Of a stretch of 32,000 nt of DNA, positions 28,363-32,000 are shown in pieces. The notes under the pieces are model-generated. The model was not told the DNA's origin. It saw only the letters and a program-made list of their open reading frames with translations, and made no database searches. A program made the position numbers and the translations under genes. The DNA lies in assembly GCA_934660865.1 (NCBI GenBank), contig CAKUIA010000002.1, forward strand, positions 150,001 through 182,000. The letters run 5' to 3'. The first letter of the stretch is position 1, and each line of letters starts with the position of its first letter. The DNA is from an uncultured Opitutales bacterium (GTDB taxonomy: Bacteria; Verrucomicrobiota; Verrucomicrobiia; Opitutales; Intestinicryptomonadaceae).

Positions 28363-30837
28363 ATGAAAAAATATATATTAACATTATCTTTCTTGGCGGC
28401 AGGAGTAATCTTTGCCGACAACGACATTCATACCGGCGAACTTAGCGGAAACTATTCGGGGGCTAGCCACGTTGATTCCGTTTGGGAAAATACCTACGTT
28501 AAAGATGGAGAAAAGGTTATTTTTTCAACTCCCATAAAAAAAACAGACTATACTCGTGCAAATTTTGCAGACGCGAATCTAACCTCAGCGGCTTTTGATG
28601 GCGCAACATTGACAAATACAGATTTTACTAATGCAAACCTTTCCTCTGTGTCTTTTGGAGATGCAGTACTAAGAAATGCAAATTTTACAAGGGCAAATCT
28701 AACCTCGGCATCCTTTTTTTATGTATTAATGGATGAAGATAATGACATAGAACGTGGTGCGACATTGGAGAATGCGAATTTCACAGATGCGATAGTCAAA
28801 AAGACCGATTTTTCGATGACCGTATCATGCGGATTTACAGAAGCACAGTTGAAATCCACGAAGAGCTATAAAGAAAAAGATTTAAGTGAAATATCTCTTG
28901 GTAATAACGATTTGAGTGGATGGGATTTTAGTGAACAGAATCTAACCTCGGCGGGGTTTTGGTGGTCAACATTGACAAATGCGAATTTTGCGGGGGCGAA
29001 TCTAACCTCGGCGAGTTTTTCCGGTTCATTGACAAATGCGAATTTTACGAATGCTACAATTAAAGATGCAGGCTTTTCTGGTACTGTATCACATGGATTT
29101 ACAGAAGCGCAGTTGAAATCCACGAAGAGCTATAAAGAAAAAGATTTAAGTGGAATATCTCTTGGTAGTAACGATTTAAGTGGATGGGATTTTAATGAAC
29201 AGAATTTAACCTCGGCGGAGTTTGCCGGTTCAACATTGACAAATACGAATTTTACGAATGCTACAGTTAAAGAGGTTAATTTTATTGGGACCGTATCATG
29301 CGGATTTACAGAAGCACAGTTGAAATCCACGAAGAGCTATAAAGAAAAAGATTTAGGTGGAATACATCTTGATAGTAACGATTTAAGTGAGTGGGATTTT
29401 AGCGGTCAGAACCTAACCTCGGCGGGGTTTGAATTTGCGACATTGACAAACGCGAATTTTGCGGGGGCGAATTTAACCTCGGTGAATTTTTTCTCTTCAA
29501 CATTGACAAATGCGAATTTTACGGGTGCTACGATTAAAGGCGCACGCTTTCAGCATGCTGTATCACGCGGATTTACGGAATCGCAGTTGAAATCCACGAA
29601 GAGCTATAAAGAAAAAGATTTAAGTGGAATAGATCTTAGCAGTAGCGATTTGAGTGGATGGGATTTTAATGAACAGAATTTAACCTCGGCGAGTTTTTGC
29701 TTTTCAACATTGACAAATGCGAATTTTGCGGGGGCGAATTTAACCTCGGTGAATTTCGTAGATACGATAGTCAAAAAGGCCGATTTTTCGATGACTGTAT
29801 CACGCGGATTTACAGAAGCGCAGTTGAAATCCACGAAGAGCTATAAAGAAAAAGATTTAAGTGGAATAGATCTTAGCAATAGCGATTTGAGTGGATGGGA
29901 TTTTAATGAACAGAATTTAACCTCGGCGAGTTTTTGCTTTTCAACATTGACAAATGCGAATTTTGCGGGGGCGAATTTAACCTCGGTGAATTTCGTAGAT
30001 ACGATAGTCAAAAAGGCCGATTTTTCGATGACTGTATCACGCGGATTTACAGAAGCGCAGTTGAAAACCACAACGAGCTATAAAGAAAAAGATTTAAGTG
30101 GAATAAATCTTAGTAGTAACGATTTGAGCGGATGGGATTTTAGTGAACAGAATCTAACCTCGGCGAATTTTTACGATACCACATTGACGAACGCGGATTT
30201 TACTAGCACAGACCTGCGCGGGGCTACACTTACCAACATAGACGGCACGCCGATTTACAAAAACACCATTATGACAGACGGTGTCATAAAAAACTTTTCG
30301 ATAACTTCGGCGGCAGATAACCTTACAATTCACAAATACACACCTGCAACTAGCGGCGGAGAAATTATTAGCGCAAAAGTTTCCGAAAGCCACGCAACGG
30401 TTTCGGGAGGAGCAACACTTAAGTTAGATACAGGAGCGCAACTAGATATTGTAAACAAAAAGATGCTTATCATAGCCCAAGACGGCGCGCTTATTATTGA
30501 CACCTCTATAAGCGATCCAACGCAAATTTATGTAGAATCTTTGGCGGGATTATTGGTTATAGGCAGCAATTTTACCGTAAACATAACCGAAAGTCTTTTA
30601 GACAACGTTGAATACAAGTTCGACTTAATTTCGTTTGAAGACGGCGCTAATATAGACATTCCCGAAGAATGTGTATCGCTTACCGTAATGGGCGAAACTT
30701 TTAACGGAACTTGGAGTTGTGTTAAGGGCGAAAACACATTCAGCATAATTGCAACGCAAGTTCCGGAGCCCGCAACTGTTGCCGCAATCTTCGGCGCGCT
30801 TGCGTTGGCATTGGCGGTTTACAAACGCAAAAAATAA
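28363..30837 (+). CDS. Secreted pentapeptide-repeat protein with a C-terminal PEP-CTERM sorting domain
   Basis: Signal peptide MKKYILTLSFLAAGVIFA|DN. Long runs of A(N/D)LxS/F-type pentapeptides (ANFADANLTSAAFDGATLTNTDFTNANLSS...). A beta-rich C-terminal region is followed by VPEPATVAAIFGALALALAVYKRKK (30760-30834), which has the PEP motif, a TM helix and a basic tail. Confidence 0.85.
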   Translation: MKKYILTLSFLAAGVIFADNDIHTGELSGNYSGASHVDSVWENTYVKDGEKVIFSTPIKKTDYTRANFADANLTSAAFDGATLTNTDFTNANLSSVSFGDAVLRNANFTRANLTSASFFYVLMDEDNDIERGATLENANFTDAIVKKTDFSMTVSCGFTEAQLKSTKSYKEKDLSEISLGNNDLSGWDFSEQNLTSAGFWWSTLTNANFAGANLTSASFSGSLTNANFTNATIKDAGFSGTVSHGFTEAQLKSTKSYKEKDLSGISLGSNDLSGWDFNEQNLTSAEFAGSTLTNTNFTNATVKEVNFIGTVSCGFTEAQLKSTKSYKEKDLGGIHLDSNDLSEWDFSGQNLTSAGFEFATLTNANFAGANLTSVNFFSSTLTNANFTGATIKGARFQHAVSRGFTESQLKSTKSYKEKDLSGIDLSSSDLSGWDFNEQNLTSASFCFSTLTNANFAGANLTSVNFVDTIVKKADFSMTVSRGFTEAQLKSTKSYKEKDLSGIDLSNSDLSGWDFNEQNLTSASFCFSTLTNANFAGANLTSVNFVDTIVKKADFSMTVSRGFTEAQLKTTTSYKEKDLSGINLSSNDLSGWDFSEQNLTSANFYDTTLTNADFTSTDLRGATLTNIDGTPIYKNTIMTDGVIKNFSITSAADNLTIHKYTPATSGGEIISAKVSESHATVSGGATLKLDTGAQLDIVNKKMLIIAQDGALIIDTSISDPTQIYVESLAGLLVIGSNFTVNITESLLDNVEYKFDLISFEDGANIDIPEECVSLTVMGETFNGTWSCVKGENTFSIIATQVPEPATVAAIFGALALALAVYKRKK
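28831..30165 (+). repeat. Six in-frame coding modules sharing a conserved anchor (GFTEAQLKSTKSYKEKDLSGI.L.SNDLSGWDF.EQNLTSA)
   Basis: The anchor GGATTTAC(A/G)GAA... begins at 28831, 29095, 29302, 29569, 29806 and 30043. The spacings are 264, 207, 267, 237 and 237 nt, all multiples of 3. Confidence 0.9.
29584..30057 (+). repeat. Near-perfect tandem duplication, 2 x 237 bp
   Basis: By direct comparison, 29584-29820 and 29821-30057 differ at a single base (G at 29642 against A at 29879, Ser to Asn). Confidence 0.92.
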
Positions 30838-30856
30838 ACAAGTTAAATAACGGCCA

Positions 30857-31654
30857 ATGCCAAAAAGCTACAAAGTGTTTGTTATAAATCTCGACAGGTC
30901 GGCTGACCGCTGGGAGAACATGCACACGCAGCTTGATAAGCTTGGCCTGCCCTACGAACGCTTTGCCGCAATAGACGGCAAGAAGTGTTCCGACGCCTTT
31001 TTGGGCGGTTATTATTCGGCATTTTTAAACAAAAAGCGCTATTTTGCAGACTTAAGCCGCGGCGAAATTGCCTGCTACATTAGCCACTTAAAAGTGTGCC
31101 AAAAAATTGTAGATTTAAATCTCGACTACGGCATTGTTTTGGAAGACGACATCGAATTAAGCCCCCTTTTTTATGCGGTTCCCTTTGCATTAAATGCAAT
31201 TAAGCGCAAATGGAGCTACATTAAATTGATTGCGCCTTTTAAGCCGAAAAAAGTACGTTCGCGCACGCCGTTTGCGGTAGAAATTCCCGCAACTTGCACA
31301 ACCGAAAAGTTCGACGGCAAAACACCGCAAAAAAGCGAAAAACAAATTTTGGCCCCCTTTGTTTTTGAATTGGTAAGTTGGAACAAGCCGCCATGCGGCA
31401 CGCAGGCCTACGCCATAACAAAAGAGGGCGCAAAAGAATTTTTGGCAAAACGCTCGCGTTTTTTCCGCCCCATAGATGTAGACTTGCAATATACTTGGGA
31501 AACTTTGCTAACCATAGAGGGCCTATGCCCGTTTTTATGCAAAATTAAGGAACAACATTCCGAAATTGCACGCGCAAAAAAATACCACTACCCCTTTGCA
31601 CGCTTAATTTACAAAATTAGGCGCGCAATTTGTAAAAAGCACAACGCCGCGTAA
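30857..31654 (+). CDS. Glycosyltransferase family 25 (LPS/LOS beta-1,4-galactosyltransferase-like)
   Basis: The N-terminus KVFVINLDRSADRWENM...L...GL.YERF.AIDG and GEIACYISHLK....I......GIVLEDDIEL are typical of GT25. Confidence 0.8.
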   Translation: MPKSYKVFVINLDRSADRWENMHTQLDKLGLPYERFAAIDGKKCSDAFLGGYYSAFLNKKRYFADLSRGEIACYISHLKVCQKIVDLNLDYGIVLEDDIELSPLFYAVPFALNAIKRKWSYIKLIAPFKPKKVRSRTPFAVEIPATCTTEKFDGKTPQKSEKQILAPFVFELVSWNKPPCGTQAYAITKEGAKEFLAKRSRFFRPIDVDLQYTWETLLTIEGLCPFLCKIKEQHSEIARAKKYHYPFARLIYKIRRAICKKHNAA

Positions 31655-32000
31655 TGAAAAACTTAAGACACAAGATTTTCGTAATAAACATGGCGCAAAG
31701 CACACAAAGGTGGAAACAAATTTCCGCACAGCTCGACAAATTGGGTCTAGTTTACGAACGGGTAGAGGGCATAGACGCCTCGAAATTGTCTGCACAGGAA
31801 ATGGCTGCCTACTATTCGTTCGAAAAAAATAGAACGCAATACCCGCGCCCCTTGAAAACGGGCGAAATAGGCTGCTACATTTCGCACATAAAATGCTGGC
31901 AAAAAATTGAAGAGGAAAACCTCGATTTTGGCGTTGTTTTGGAAGACGACATTGTTTTGTCCGACAAGTTTTCGGCAGCGATAGATTTTTTGAAAACGCA
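31654..32000 (+). CDS. Second GT25 glycosyltransferase paralog, 3'-truncated by the window edge (absent from the supplied ORF track)
   Basis: I translated frame 1 from the ATG at 31654 (TAATG overlap with the upstream stop). It reads MKNLRHKIFVINMAQSTQRWKQISAQLDKLGLVYERVEGIDASKL...GEIGCYISHIKCWQKIEEENLDFGVVLEDDIVLSDKF... with no stop before nt 32000. Confidence 0.8.
   Translation, partial: MKNLRHKIFVINMAQSTQRWKQISAQLDKLGLVYERVEGIDASKLSAQEMAAYYSFEKNRTQYPRPLKTGEIGCYISHIKCWQKIEEENLDFGVVLEDDIVLSDKFSAAIDFLKT

Larger units (their letters stand above)
26300..30840. mobile_element. Putative integrase-associated low-GC islet (boundaries approximate, no flanking att repeats identified)
   Basis: A tyrosine recombinase gene plus two genes with visibly lower G+C and AAT/GAT-biased codons. 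Hand counts for 60-nt lines gave 15/60, 18/60 and 24/60 G+C here, against 34/60 and 30/60 in dnaE and lolD. Confidence 0.3.

Noticed and set aside
28866-30071. A family of minus-strand ORFs starting MDFNCASVNP... (28866-29123, 29130-29330, 29604-29834, 29841-30071).
   Set aside because: They are the antisense image of the repeated coding modules of the + strand pentapeptide gene. Their similarity to each other follows from the sense-strand repeats, and the + strand ORF is continuous with signal peptide and PEP-CTERM features.
28831-30165. A regular repeat array that could be mistaken for a CRISPR array.
   Set aside because: The repeat units lie inside one continuous 824-codon ORF. The spacings (207-267 nt) are all multiples of 3 and far longer than a CRISPR repeat plus spacer. 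The inter-anchor sequence is itself pentapeptide-repeat coding, and there are no cas genes.
26367-30837. A shufflon-type or cassette-inversion mechanism acting on the pentapeptide modules.
   Set aside because: I found no inverted copy of the module anchor (reverse complement GCTTCTGTAAATCC) anywhere in the window. All six modules are direct and in frame, and the only inverted site pair lies upstream of the operon.
26293-30856. Direct att-like repeats flanking the integrase islet, or an adjacent tRNA integration target.
   Set aside because: Comparing 26293-26366 with 30838-30856 gave only trivial matches (about 7 nt, GCAAAAA), and no tRNA-like cloverleaf was seen. The islet boundaries therefore remain approximate.

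Overview
The window is a gene-dense bacterial chromosome segment from a diderm organism (Lol lipoprotein export, a beta-barrel porin, PEP-CTERM sorting). The phylum cannot be assigned from the sequence alone. Nt 1-26,300 is ordinary core genome. It carries a partial DegT-type aminotransferase, a helical-repeat lipoprotein, an FkbO/Hyg5-like chorismatase, recA, dnaE and sppA. It continues with a DeoR regulator divergent from a class II aldolase + rhamnulokinase pair, proA, a PfkB kinase, a translationally overlapped lolC/E-lolD-ligA-mutL string, lysS, and a GH28-like hydrolase + porin pair. Three convergent gene junctions carry bidirectional rho-independent hairpins. No tRNA, rRNA or CRISPR array was recognised. 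The unusual part is nt ~26,300-30,840, a visibly lower-GC islet. It holds a tyrosine recombinase (26367-27368, -) divergent from a two-gene operon: a 254-aa orphan protein (27586-28350) and an 824-aa secreted pentapeptide-repeat protein with a C-terminal PEP-CTERM anchor (28363-30837). Two palindromic, recombinase-core-like sites bracket the 217-bp divergent intergenic region. They share a perfect 16-bp match only in inverted orientation, and one abuts the recombinase start codon. I read this as a candidate invertible switch controlling the operon. The surface protein is built from six in-frame modules of variable length, and the last two are a 2 x 237-bp tandem duplication differing at one base, so repeat-number variation is also plausible. 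Two tandem GT25 glycosyltransferase paralogs follow. A secondary observation is that MutL lacks the endonuclease metal-binding motifs. All functional calls rest on motif recognition by eye; no database search was run.
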